This document shows, in pieces, positions 1 through 7,753 of a DNA stretch of 26,847 nt. The notes below the pieces were generated by a model that saw nothing but the letters and a program-made list of their open reading frames with translations, was not told the DNA's origin and did not search any database. Numbering within the stretch: the first letter of the stretch is position 1; every line of letters begins with the position of its first letter. Position numbers and translations under genes: made by a program. The stretch lies in IMG/VR virus record IMGVR_UViG_2645727810_000007; one strand, 5' to 3'. Source of the DNA: a virus. Its lineage: Duplodnaviria > Heunggongvirae > Uroviricota > Caudoviricetes.

Positions 1-651
1 ATCCGCATAATTCATCGCTGCCGCTTTTGCTGTTGCAGCAAGCGTTTCAGATTCGGATACCCTTGATGATGTAAGTTGAACAATTCCTTTCTGTGTCGTA
101 GTTGAATCCTGAGTTTTGTTTTGCAAAGATTTTATGTCCGTATAGTTTTGCGCGACAGCATTAGCTGTGGCTGCAATATCCTCTGCACCCGATACCCGCG
201 ATGACGTTAACCGGACTAAACCCACCTGTGTTGTTGATGCGTTTTTAATACCAAGGTATGAAAGAATATCTTTCCACCCGGCACCATTGCTGTTTGGATC
301 AGATAGATTTCCTTCTGTTGTGTTAATGAATATTCTTTCCCCATCGTCCGAGATGAGCATCGCCCCTGACGGATATCCAGAAATCTCCGAAGCAAATTCA
401 GAATCAAAAGTATTCAGCGCCCCGGTGCTCGACCATCTACCAAGAGCCGAAAGTTCGTATAAAATTTGGTTCATATCCTGGCCTTTTGGCGGCAAACCGC
501 CAGCAGATTTCAGGATCATTGTTATTGGAGGAAACCCCTGTTCATACGATGCTGAGTTATCTCCTGCAGGGGTGGTTGGCAATATTGCCACTCTCTGTCC
601 ATTAACTCCAAATGGCTTAGGTTGTTTTTTAGGTGAGTCAGAACGATTCAT
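1..651 (-). CDS. Tail fibre protein, N-terminal 217 codons; gene continues beyond window start
   Basis: ATG at 651..649, 5 bp after the upstream stop. The frame is open to position 1 by my own translation (MNRSDSPKKQPKPFGVNGQRVAILP...). It contains phage tail-fibre repeat-like segments (TTQVGLVRLTSSRVSGAEDIAATANAV; KGIVQLTSSRVSESETLAATAKAA) resembling the P2 gpH repeat. Not in the ORF track because it is open-ended. Confidence 0.75.
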   Translation of the reverse strand, partial: MNRSDSPKKQPKPFGVNGQRVAILPTTPAGDNSASYEQGFPPITMILKSAGGLPPKGQDMNQILYELSALGRWSSTGALNTFDSEFASEISGYPSGAMLISDDGERIFINTTEGNLSDPNSNGAGWKDILSYLGIKNASTTQVGLVRLTSSRVSGAEDIAATANAVAQNYTDIKSLQNKTQDSTTTQKGIVQLTSSRVSESETLAATAKAAAMNYAD

Positions 652-653
652 GC

Positions 654-1292
654 TTAATTCCTATAAAATGTGCCGTCATTAAATGGATATGCATCTGTAG
701 CAAAACCAAAGTATGGGCTTACAATTTGTTTGATATTTACCTGAACTCCACTTGGTACAGGAGTCACATCGTAATTTGTTAAAATCGATTCTTCGTAGGG
801 AGCAAGTGAGAACTCAAAATTTATACCAATGGTCATATCTCTGTAATTGACACAATATGCTCTGCCTCGTTGATAAAAAAGTATTTTAAGAAATTTATTT
901 ATATCAGGAATGGTTGCCACACTGATGTTAGTAAAAGCCTTGCAGAGTATTAATGTTCTGTAAGCATCATCCCCAAGCCTGACATTCGTTGATTCCTTAA
1001 TGCCGCCGTAAAACGGAGAATTATTAAATGGTGCCGGGTAATCAGTACTCCCATCATCTGCTTCGCTAAATCCAAATGAATCGCTATCTATTGGCGCAAC
1101 AATATATCTGCTTATGCCAACAATTTTCCCCCAAATATCAAGCCCGAATGTTTCGCAGGTAGTTAAATCCCATACCTTTTTAATGAATTCCTCAGTGAAA
1201 TCATCAAGGCTCACTGCCTGGTTAAATGTGTCTATGATGGACAATAATTTTTTACTTGCTGAGTATTGGGTAAGTATTGTGTCTTCCCACAT
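654..1292 (-). CDS. Baseplate/tail protein, P2 gpI / Mu gp48-like by position
   Basis: 212-aa ORF with ATG at 1292..1290 preceded by a GAGG-type Shine-Dalgarno. Sits between the baseplate J-like gene and the tail fibre gene. Assignment is by synteny only. Confidence 0.45.
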   Translation of the reverse strand: MWEDTILTQYSASKKLLSIIDTFNQAVSLDDFTEEFIKKVWDLTTCETFGLDIWGKIVGISRYIVAPIDSDSFGFSEADDGSTDYPAPFNNSPFYGGIKESTNVRLGDDAYRTLILCKAFTNISVATIPDINKFLKILFYQRGRAYCVNYRDMTIGINFEFSLAPYEESILTNYDVTPVPSGVQVNIKQIVSPYFGFATDAYPFNDGTFYRN

Positions 1293-1302
1293 GCCTCACC
1301 CC

Positions 1303-2532
1303 TCACGATAAAGTTACGGTAATATCTGATTCCTGAATTGTCGGAACCTGGTCGATACCCATTGTTATTGCTGGCCCATAGGCTGATCCATCAATGGAGA
1401 CTTCAAGTGATAAAATCACAACGGTGTCAGGTGATATTGAAATAACCGGAGCGTAATACTTAGCGGCGTTAATGGTAGAGCCTATCCTTGCCTTCCCGAT
1501 CCCATCATAACCACCATTGAAAACTGATACGATCATGCTTTTCACTTGTGATGTGATATCACTAGGTGGATTAAGAGATCTATCCAGCTCAACGCTAAAA
1601 TAAACCCTCGTCGGAGTTGCTTTTTGCCACTGCATTACATAGGAAGGGTATGGAGGCAGATAGTTAACATTGTCGTAAACCGTGTACGAGGTATCTCCGT
1701 TCAGATTTGCTCCAGGGTTGTACGTCTGGAAAATTGACTCCGCTACATCCTCATCAGTTCCACCATACACACAAATGTAAATAGAGTGCGCCACCACAGG
1801 GAAGTTAGTAGCTCCCTGATTTACTGTGGCTGCAGTTCTGTTTGACCATACATAGGCATCCAGCACACCATTCGTAGCCAGCAAGGCAGATAGTGTCGAT
1901 GCGTCCTGATTGCGGCTATTTCTCGCGACCGACTGCTTGCGACGTGTTTCAAATGCAATACGTGATTCAACATCAACGCCAACAACGCCTGGGCTCGCGT
2001 TCGTGATCGCATCCCATCCAGATACTGCACGGTAAATCTGATTTAATGCACCTGCTGCACAGGGTATTGGTCCGGTTGTGTTATTTACAAACTGAACATC
2101 AATGCTTCCTGATGCTGGTATTGTTGCGATGTCGATAGACCGGTAAATATATCCATTGGTATCAATGGCTGTGCTTCCCGCGGGGATTGTCGTTCCGACC
2201 TGACCAATGCATGTTGCCGTAACAACTGTCCCCTGAGCAGCGATCCGTTCCATAAAGTAAATCCGGCCAATCCCGTCCTGGAATCTGCCAGTTGAAAAGT
2301 CAGGATTAATTTGATTAAACAAACAAAGAAGCTTGTCGTATTCCTGAGCGATAATTTCAGTATCAGACTGTGCGATCTGCCCTTGCGGTGAACTCAGTGA
2401 TTGACTTGCACCACCACCAAGAGCCGTTGACATGTCTGTAAGTCTTCCCGCCAGCACATCCGCTATGTCGGGAACTGAAAGACCGTTTTCAGTGATGGTT
2501 ACATCAGGAACAGCCGTATTTAATATCGTCAT
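1303..2532 (-). CDS. Baseplate J-like protein
   Basis: 409-aa ORF. Its ATG (2532..2530) overlaps the upstream stop as ATGA. Size and position upstream of the gpI-like and fibre genes fit the baseplate J / gp47 family. Confidence 0.55.
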   Translation of the reverse strand: MTILNTAVPDVTITENGLSVPDIADVLAGRLTDMSTALGGGASQSLSSPQGQIAQSDTEIIAQEYDKLLCLFNQINPDFSTGRFQDGIGRIYFMERIAAQGTVVTATCIGQVGTTIPAGSTAIDTNGYIYRSIDIATIPASGSIDVQFVNNTTGPIPCAAGALNQIYRAVSGWDAITNASPGVVGVDVESRIAFETRRKQSVARNSRNQDASTLSALLATNGVLDAYVWSNRTAATVNQGATNFPVVAHSIYICVYGGTDEDVAESIFQTYNPGANLNGDTSYTVYDNVNYLPPYPSYVMQWQKATPTRVYFSVELDRSLNPPSDITSQVKSMIVSVFNGGYDGIGKARIGSTINAAKYYAPVISISPDTVVILSLEVSIDGSAYGPAITMGIDQVPTIQESDITVTLS

Positions 2533-2888
2533 AAGGTGGCCTGTGCAATATTACCATTGATATATGTAACGCGGATTGTGCCGCGAGTTGTGCGTGTATT
2601 CTTGTCAAAGAAAACTGATGCCAGAGCATCCTCAACGACAGGTAATTTGAGTGCTTCAGCCTGCATTTTCTGAGCAATAAAACCAGGAGATGGTCGCCTG
2701 CCAAGAACTTCTGCCTTCCATGGAATCCCAAGCGTATTGTCGTAATAACACTCTCCAGAAAACACCAGGCACGCACTGGCGACATCCTGAGCAACAGAAT
2801 ATGATTCTTCTGCGATCGCCAGATTGCCATTTCCGTCAAGCGTCAAGTCCCACGTAGAAGTGTCCAGTTGCATAGTTCTGTATGTCAT
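2529..2888 (-). CDS. Small baseplate protein (P2 gpW / T4 gp25-like by position)
   Basis: 119-aa ORF, ATGA-coupled to the upstream gene at 2885-2888, immediately before the baseplate J-like gene. Confidence 0.45.
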   Translation of the reverse strand: MTYRTMQLDTSTWDLTLDGNGNLAIAEESYSVAQDVASACLVFSGECYYDNTLGIPWKAEVLGRRPSPGFIAQKMQAEALKLPVVEDALASVFFDKNTRTTRGTIRVTYINGNIAQATL

Positions 2889-3577
2889 GTCGGTTTATCC
2901 GTTGCATTGGAATTTATTGTTGCTCCACCACTTTGTACACCTGAAACAGAATGTTTGTGATTGTTATAGTTGTCCCTTAAATTTTTAACAGTAGATGACT
3001 GTGAACTTGCGTTATCCTGAATATCACCGCTAACTTTAAGTAAAGGAGTATTCATGTTGACTCCATCAGGAGCATCAATATTTAACGATGAACATTTAAT
3101 ACTTAGTGGGTTAGGCGTGGTTATGTTTATTGCACCATCAGCAAATTCAATGAATTGAGTAGGTGCAATATTTAATACCCCACCAAGATAAATTGCATCA
3201 GATTTACTGTGTCGCCTTTTGCTTCCAGGTACTGATTCTTTACGATTTTTTCTTACCAGTGATGTGTCTTTGTCGCATATCGCAATCAGACCAATATCAC
3301 CCGCCACAGGGTCCATAATTACAGCGCTGTTTCCTCTCTGCAACCGCCATACGGGAAGATCATATAAAACCGAGTTAGAAATCATTTTTCCTGTACGGTC
3401 TGTTCTGGTTAGTAAAGGAAGAGCGTCAACAACTAAATCCGGTGCTTCCCCCCTGACTTCCTGAACTCTCGCTAACTCAATGAAGAAATATCCAGACATC
3501 AGCATCTCAAAAATATATTCCTGAGATTGTGCCTCACTTACCTGAGCAGGTGTTGGAGTAAATAGTTGCTTATCCAT
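2885..3577 (-). CDS. Baseplate spike/assembly protein (gpV-like by position)
   Basis: ORF track gives 2885..3670, but the first ATG that does not run far into the upstream gene is at 3577..3575 (MDKQLFTP...), overlapping the upstream stop by 8 nt. Function is from gene order. Confidence 0.4.
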   Translation of the reverse strand: MDKQLFTPTPAQVSEAQSQEYIFEMLMSGYFFIELARVQEVRGEAPDLVVDALPLLTRTDRTGKMISNSVLYDLPVWRLQRGNSAVIMDPVAGDIGLIAICDKDTSLVRKNRKESVPGSKRRHSKSDAIYLGGVLNIAPTQFIEFADGAINITTPNPLSIKCSSLNIDAPDGVNMNTPLLKVSGDIQDNASSQSSTVKNLRDNYNNHKHSVSGVQSGGATINSNATDKPT

Positions 3578-4451
3578 TATTCTGTTGTGCCTCTGCTCTT
3601 TGTTCTGCTGTTCTGGCGGCAATACATATTGAGTGCCACGAACCATTTGGCATCCATGATGATAATTCATGCCGAACGGAGGTTAACTTATACCTTCCGC
3701 TTGCATGTGGTAGTTCTGTTTTGATATCCACATATCTTCCAATGCAAAGGAGAGATGAATATTGCGTCTGAAACATCAGTCCCCCATTTGAAAATACAGG
3801 ATATCCAACAAGTCCGTATTCTCTGGATATAAACGGAATTACATCGTCTCTGTTTTTTTCTGAAGGCCAGAACTCTACTTTTGTCGGTGGCGTGGCTGAC
3901 ATCGCCAGTCCATAATCTGAACAGACCCTATAAAGTTGCTCAAAAACACTTCCTTCAAAATGCGGACTTCCTGATGTTGTCATCCCTTTTACATTATTAA
4001 ACACAGCCTCATAACCTGCACTTGCACAAATGGATGAGATGACATCTTCAACACTTTGCGCACCCTGCGCTGTAAACGGGCTTGCTGGCATGTTCTGTAA
4101 ATCAACATTAGAAGAGGCTGTTATCATCAGACTGCTTTCAGGAGCAGAATTCATGTTTGCTATTGATGAAAGCATCGTGCCGGAGAAAACAAGAGAATCA
4201 TCAGCAAATACCTCAACATTTAACTTCTGACCTTCCCCAACAATACCATCAGCCTTCCCTGATATATCAGCAAGTCTTTCAATTCCTAACCCGTAAAGAG
4301 ATATATCAGCCTGAGCACCTCCCCGACCGGTAACAAAGTTCAGGGATACTGTTGACTTAACATTTCTGATAGAGATTTTATTGTTTCCATTTTTATCAAA
4401 TGCTGATGATTCATTCGTGAAGTCAAACCGAAGACTGTGATTTTTATACAA
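3570..4451 (-). CDS. Tail/baseplate hub-like protein (Mu P / P2 gpD position)
   Basis: Long ORF 3570..4559. Both in-frame Met codons lie inside the preceding gene. An in-frame TTG at 4451..4449 with a GAGGA Shine-Dalgarno 9 nt upstream overlaps the upstream TAA. Start is uncertain. Confidence 0.35.
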   Translation of the reverse strand: MYKNHSLRFDFTNESSAFDKNGNNKISIRNVKSTVSLNFVTGRGGAQADISLYGLGIERLADISGKADGIVGEGQKLNVEVFADDSLVFSGTMLSSIANMNSAPESSLMITASSNVDLQNMPASPFTAQGAQSVEDVISSICASAGYEAVFNNVKGMTTSGSPHFEGSVFEQLYRVCSDYGLAMSATPPTKVEFWPSEKNRDDVIPFISREYGLVGYPVFSNGGLMFQTQYSSLLCIGRYVDIKTELPHASGRYKLTSVRHELSSWMPNGSWHSICIAARTAEQRAEAQQNNG

Positions 4452-4746
4452 GCTCGTTTTCCTCGATGTAATACAACAAGTAACGGCTACCCAAGCCTTC
4501 CCATTGCGGGTCCGATTCCCCATCGTTATCAATGAAAATAAGGTCTCCCTTAAATCCAAGGTAGGAATATCTTACCATTTTATTCCCATACAGACATGGA
4601 ACGCCCTGCATAATTGGAACTTCATTAACAGTTAAATCCATGTACATAAAACTCTGTCGCTGAACAAGTTTTATATTACATTGCTGACCAGCCAGACTTA
4701 CCGAAATGGACTGAGATTTGCTGGGAAGAACAGATACTGTAATCAT
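4444..4746 (-). CDS. Hypothetical tail protein
   Basis: 100-aa ORF. ATG at 4746..4744 overlaps the upstream stop as ATGA (translational coupling), inside the tail gene string. Confidence 0.4.
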   Translation of the reverse strand: MITVSVLPSKSQSISVSLAGQQCNIKLVQRQSFMYMDLTVNEVPIMQGVPCLYGNKMVRYSYLGFKGDLIFIDNDGESDPQWEGLGSRYLLYYIEENELV

Positions 4747-5558
4747 GTACTCGCCTTAACTATATTTTTTGCAATATCTGCCGCTTTTTTTGTTGCGCTG
4801 TTTGTAACTTCGAGTATTGGTTTAGACACCGTATCAAGAGCACTCTGAAATTCAGTCGTGATTGTGCCGGAGATTTTTCCAGTGATTCCGCCAACAGATG
4901 ACTTCAGTGATGACCATGATTTACTTAGCTCATCGACAGTAGATTCCCTGGCTCCGCCATTGGTTATTTGCGGATCAACTCCTACATCTCCCTGTGACTT
5001 ATTGTTATCCGTTGGCTTCTGTTCCGACTGAGATCCAGAGAGGATAACCTCCATTTGCTGAATGACCTCCTGAAAATCAAGATAAACCGTCAGAAGAGTC
5101 ACCCCTTTTTGAGAGTTAACTTCGTAATAGTGGTCAACAAGGTCGAAACTCTCCAGAGTTTCCTTTGGCGTTTCAATGTCGTATGTTTTTGCAGAGGACA
5201 GCATCGTTTTGATTGTGTTCAGCGTGCTGTTCTGGCTTGTGAATGTTAGATCGAAAATATTCGGGATATTGCCGGAAAAACCAGTAAGACCATTTACGAT
5301 GATTGCGCATCTTACCCTGGCGGGTTCTTTAACTTTGTTGATGGACTGGTATTTCCCTTTCTCCACCGGAGCGTTTGTTATTTGCGCCCTGCCACTTGGC
5401 TGTACGGATGCCATACCACTGAACTCAAGAGCAACCTCGCCAGTTTCCCTGTCACGAATCACATACTGAGGATGCAGAACGCCGTCGATGATCGAAAGCG
5501 GAGAGCCACCACCGATAGCATTGAATATGTCTGCTGTGTTTAAATCGATTATGCCCAT
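4743..5558 (-). CDS. Tail protein, first gene after the accessory island
   Basis: 271-aa ORF. ATG at 5558..5556 with a GGAG Shine-Dalgarno directly downstream of a minus-strand terminator. No recognisable motif; assigned by position. Confidence 0.4.
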   Translation of the reverse strand: MGIIDLNTADIFNAIGGGSPLSIIDGVLHPQYVIRDRETGEVALEFSGMASVQPSGRAQITNAPVEKGKYQSINKVKEPARVRCAIIVNGLTGFSGNIPNIFDLTFTSQNSTLNTIKTMLSSAKTYDIETPKETLESFDLVDHYYEVNSQKGVTLLTVYLDFQEVIQQMEVILSGSQSEQKPTDNNKSQGDVGVDPQITNGGARESTVDELSKSWSSLKSSVGGITGKISGTITTEFQSALDTVSKPILEVTNSATKKAADIAKNIVKAST

Positions 5559-5570
5559 CTACTCTCCATT

Positions 5571-5595
5571 AAACAAAAACCCAGCCGAAGCTGGG
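5571..5595 (-). terminator. Intrinsic terminator after the KilAC-type gene
   Basis: Hairpin cccagc-cgaa-gctggg (5580-5595). On the minus strand it is followed by TTTTTGTTT (plus a-run 5571-5579). A T-run also follows on the plus side (5596-5605), so it may act in both directions. Confidence 0.55.
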
Positions 5596-5618
5596 TTGGT
5601 TTTTATAAAAAGATTTAA

Positions 5619-6344
5619 TTAGGCTGCGGTAGAAACATTAACTAGATTTCTCAATACTTCAACTCCTTTTGAGTTGTAGCGGAATGCTTCCACCTGTTTG
5701 CTGGAATGCGCAGATTTATCCAGGAAGAACTTCCCGTACTGCTCAGTTTTGAGGTTGTTTGCGTTAGCAATGCGACCACTCTTGTTTGCCGTTACTCCAA
5801 GCTGCTCTGCAACCTCCCCTGCTGAGTAGTAATGCTCTTCTATTGCCGGAAGAGGTATTGCATTAAAACCAACGAGCGGGTTGATTATACTTGCTGCCGC
5901 TGTCTGCTTTGCCTCAGGCGCAAGATTTGGCATCAGATCGAACAGATTGGTAACAGCTTCAACCGTCATTTTCAATGTTCGCGCTTGACGATACTCAACA
6001 AGTCCACTCGACGATTTACCGCTTTTAATGTGCGCTTCTTGCATACTTTCAAGTTTGTCTACAAGTGTTCGGCGAACTGCTTTAGATTCGCGAGCAGCAA
6101 CACGAAGCGCCTGCTTGATAGTCATGGAGATAACATCAATGTCAGCCCCGTTTTTCCGACCTACACTTTTTGTGTAGGTCTCGCCCTCCAATTCATCCTC
6201 AATTTTCTCGATGAATTTGTTGTTACGTACTGATGGCTCTCCACATAACTTGCGAGCTTCATTAACCATCATCAGAAGACTTTGGCTGTCAATGGTTTTA
6301 TCCGTGACAACGGATCCGATGTTTGCTACATTCTTCAAAGTCAT
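5619..6344 (-). CDS. Antirepressor-like protein, KilAC-type C-terminal domain
   Basis: ORF track gives 5619..6395. ATG at 6344..6342 has an AAGGAA Shine-Dalgarno. The C-terminal segment (YSAGEVAEQLGVTANKSGRIANANNLK...NSKGVEVLRNLV) resembles the KilA-C/ANT antirepressor domain; this is recalled from memory, not searched. Confidence 0.5.
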   Translation of the reverse strand: MTLKNVANIGSVVTDKTIDSQSLLMMVNEARKLCGEPSVRNNKFIEKIEDELEGETYTKSVGRKNGADIDVISMTIKQALRVAARESKAVRRTLVDKLESMQEAHIKSGKSSSGLVEYRQARTLKMTVEAVTNLFDLMPNLAPEAKQTAAASIINPLVGFNAIPLPAIEEHYYSAGEVAEQLGVTANKSGRIANANNLKTEQYGKFFLDKSAHSSKQVEAFRYNSKGVEVLRNLVNVSTAA

Positions 6345-6413
6345 TAGGCATTCCTTATGTGGTAGTAAGGGTGTGACATAGGCCGCCAGCAGCACACTGG
6401 CGGTTTTCTTTTT
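6339..6413 (+). ncRNA. Predicted sar-like antisense RNA B, antisense to the start of the KilAC-type gene
   Basis: Plus-strand extended -10 TGcTACATT (6324-6332), followed about 50 nt later by a strong plus-strand intrinsic terminator: stem ccgccag (6383-6389) / ctggcgg (6397-6403), loop cagcaca, then TTTTCTTTTT (6404-6413). The RNA would cover the start codon (6342-6344) and Shine-Dalgarno of the KilAC-type gene. Confidence 0.35.
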
Positions 6414-6432
6414 GCGCCGTCCGGCGCACCAA

Positions 6433-7059
6433 TCAATGAATCCATTCCTCGCCGCGCAGTTTTGCCAGCATTGGCTGAGCGTTCTTTACGACAAAATTGT
6501 TGGTATCAAGATTCTTCATTTCACGAAGAAGTGATTTCTTGGTTTCTTCTGACATATAGCGAGTCTCATATGCGATATCGTAAATCCTTCCTGAAAGCTC
6601 AGAACAAATTTGCTTCATTCCTGGGTAGATGTGTTTGCACATTTGTTGACTCTTCTCCATCCACAATTGTAAGTAGCAGAGATTAACCAGCTCTTCGTCA
6701 GTGAACTGTTTTGCAATCGGTGAGCATTCTGTCTGCCGATCCAAAATATCCAGCACCCAGCGGCGGAACTCTTTGGCTACCGGAGTGCGAGCAAACATCG
6801 CGATTAGGTGGGCACCGCGTAGTGAGAAAACTCGCACTTTTTTGCGATAATTTCCTGAGGTACTCACTTCGAGTACCTGAGTCATTCCGGCGCTAAACTC
6901 ATCGCTATACTTGTTATAAATCATTGTTACTGCACGACTATTTGCGCATTTAAGTGCAGATGCAATATTAGATGATGTAAACCAAACACCATGCATATCA
7001 CGGGTGGGCACCAACTCAACTCCGTGGAAGTTGTAATCTGATTTTGCTACAATATTCAT
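6433..7059 (-). CDS. Antirepressor-like protein with Bro-N domain
   Basis: ORF track gives 6433..7143. ATG at 7059..7057 has an AAGGAAA Shine-Dalgarno. The N-terminus (FNFHGVELVPTRDMHGVWFTSSNIASALKC...VRVFSLRGAHLIAMFARTPVAKEFRRWVLDIL) fits the Bro-N pattern. Lies directly downstream of the Arc-like gene, as ant does in P22 immI. Confidence 0.6.
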   Translation of the reverse strand: MNIVAKSDYNFHGVELVPTRDMHGVWFTSSNIASALKCANSRAVTMIYNKYSDEFSAGMTQVLEVSTSGNYRKKVRVFSLRGAHLIAMFARTPVAKEFRRWVLDILDRQTECSPIAKQFTDEELVNLCYLQLWMEKSQQMCKHIYPGMKQICSELSGRIYDIAYETRYMSEETKKSLLREMKNLDTNNFVVKNAQPMLAKLRGEEWIH

Positions 7060-7136
7060 GTTAGTTTCCTTGCATACGGTTACTGACATAGAGGCCCGGT
7101 TTGTGTTCGCGCACTGCCGGGCTTCACTATTTTTAT
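7060..7136 (+). ncRNA. Predicted sar-like antisense RNA A, antisense to the Bro-N gene ribosome-binding region
   Basis: Plus-strand extended -10 TGcTACAAT (7045-7053) just inside the Bro-N gene start. A plus-strand hairpin gcccgg (7094-7099) / ccgggc (7117-7122) followed by a U-rich tract (cuucacuauuuuuauu, 7123-7136) lies in the arc/Bro-N intergenic region. Geometry matches the P22 sar RNA. Confidence 0.35.
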
Positions 7137-7306
7137 TGGGCATTATCTCTTTCCTCTCTCAGGCTTTTAGCCAGTCGCTGCACAATCGCAGAGTTGATAG
7201 AAATTCCATCCATTTCAGCAACACGTCTAATCTCCTCCTTCATTCGCGCTGGCAAACGAAGCTGGAAACTTTGACTTTTACGACCTGTGTAAAGCACATC
7301 TTTCAT
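7133..7306 (-). CDS. arc: Arc-like ribbon-helix-helix repressor
   Basis: ATG at 7306..7304 with a GGGAGG Shine-Dalgarno (the ORF-track start at 7321 is GTG). SFQLRLPARMKEEIRRVAEMDGISINSAIVQRL aligns with P22 Arc (QFNLRWPREVLDLVRKVAEENGRSVNSEIYQRV). Confidence 0.7.
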   Translation of the reverse strand: MKDVLYTGRKSQSFQLRLPARMKEEIRRVAEMDGISINSAIVQRLAKSLREERDNAQ

Positions 7307-7328
7307 AAGTAATCCTCCCACAATGATA

Positions 7329-7381
7329 CCAACTTGGTTCTAGAACCAATTTAACACCATTTATTTTGATGTCAAGTTGGT
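7329..7381 (-). promoter_or_regulatory. Divergent immI-like control region: Pant-like promoter and palindromic operator
   Basis: Minus strand: -35 TTGACA (7375..7370), 16-nt spacer, -10 TAAATT (7353..7348), about 40 nt upstream of the arc ATG. Perfect 16-bp palindrome TTGGTTCTAGAACCAA at 7335-7350 overlaps the -10/+1. Flanking 9-bp inverted repeat accaacttg (7329-7337) / caagttggt (7373-7381). Confidence 0.55.
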
Positions 7382-7417
7382 GCTATTGTTTAGCGAACAT
7401 CTTTACGTTGAGGTCAT

Positions 7418-7738
7418 ATGAGCAAGTTCCCTAGTCATGAAATGGATAGGTTCAATATCAGGCTTCCTGCAGGAATGCGGGATGCTATAGCTGAACGAGC
7501 AAAACGTAACGGCAGATCAATGAACTCAGAGATTGTTCAGATACTGGAAGATGCCTTGAATGCAGAAAATACACTCGGGGAAATAGCAGACAAAATCAAC
7601 AGCGTCTCAGTTCCGCTAAATGTTGATGCGCTAGTTCAACTTCAAGCCCAGGTTATCGCCATGCAAAAAGAAATACAGGAAAAGTTCAGAGAGCAAAACG
7701 AAAAGTTGAGAGAACTGCTAAACAAAAAACCCACCTGA
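7418..7738 (+). CDS. mnt: Mnt-like ribbon-helix-helix repressor
   Basis: ATG at 7418 with a GAGG Shine-Dalgarno. FNIRLPAGMRDAIAERAKRNGRSMNSEIVQILEDAL aligns with P22 Mnt (FNFRMPMEVREKLKFRAEANGRSMNSELLQIVQDAL). C-terminal heptad-like tail. Divergent from the Arc-like gene. Confidence 0.75.
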   Translation: MSKFPSHEMDRFNIRLPAGMRDAIAERAKRNGRSMNSEIVQILEDALNAENTLGEIADKINSVSVPLNVDALVQLQAQVIAMQKEIQEKFREQNEKLRELLNKKPT

Positions 7739-7745
7739 CGGTGGG
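7721..7745. terminator. Terminator between the convergent mnt-like gene and the 7754..8722 gene
   Basis: Hairpin cccacc-tgac-ggtggg (7730-7745) overlaps the mnt TGA. On the minus strand it is followed by TTTTTTGTT (strong); on the plus strand by a short TTT (weak). Confidence 0.6.
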
Positions 7746-7753
7746 TTTCATAA

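Noticed and set aside
167-682. 171-aa plus-strand ORF
   Set aside because: Lies entirely antisense to the open tail-fibre reading frame (1..651, minus strand). The fibre frame carries recognisable fibre repeats and is translationally linked to the upstream baseplate gene, so the plus ORF is most likely a shadow ORF.
2504-2839. 111-aa minus-strand ORF overlapping the 119-aa baseplate gene in another frame
   Set aside because: The overlapping 2529..2888 frame is ATGA-coupled to both neighbours, so it is the genuine gene. Similar nested minus-strand ORFs (1821..2030, 2085..2270, 9416..9718, 10031..10216, 12496..12702, 15251..15457, 20828..21085, 21580..21783) are rejected for the same reason.
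5832-6233. 133-aa plus-strand ORF
   Set aside because: Antisense to the KilAC-type gene, with no ribosome-binding site and an odd Cys/Arg-rich composition typical of shadow ORFs. The same reasoning applies to other plus-strand ORFs inside minus-strand structural genes (for example 3219..3464, 5055..5469, 10444..11205, 12479..13646, 18040..18458, 19266..19976, 21254..22514, 24285..24577).
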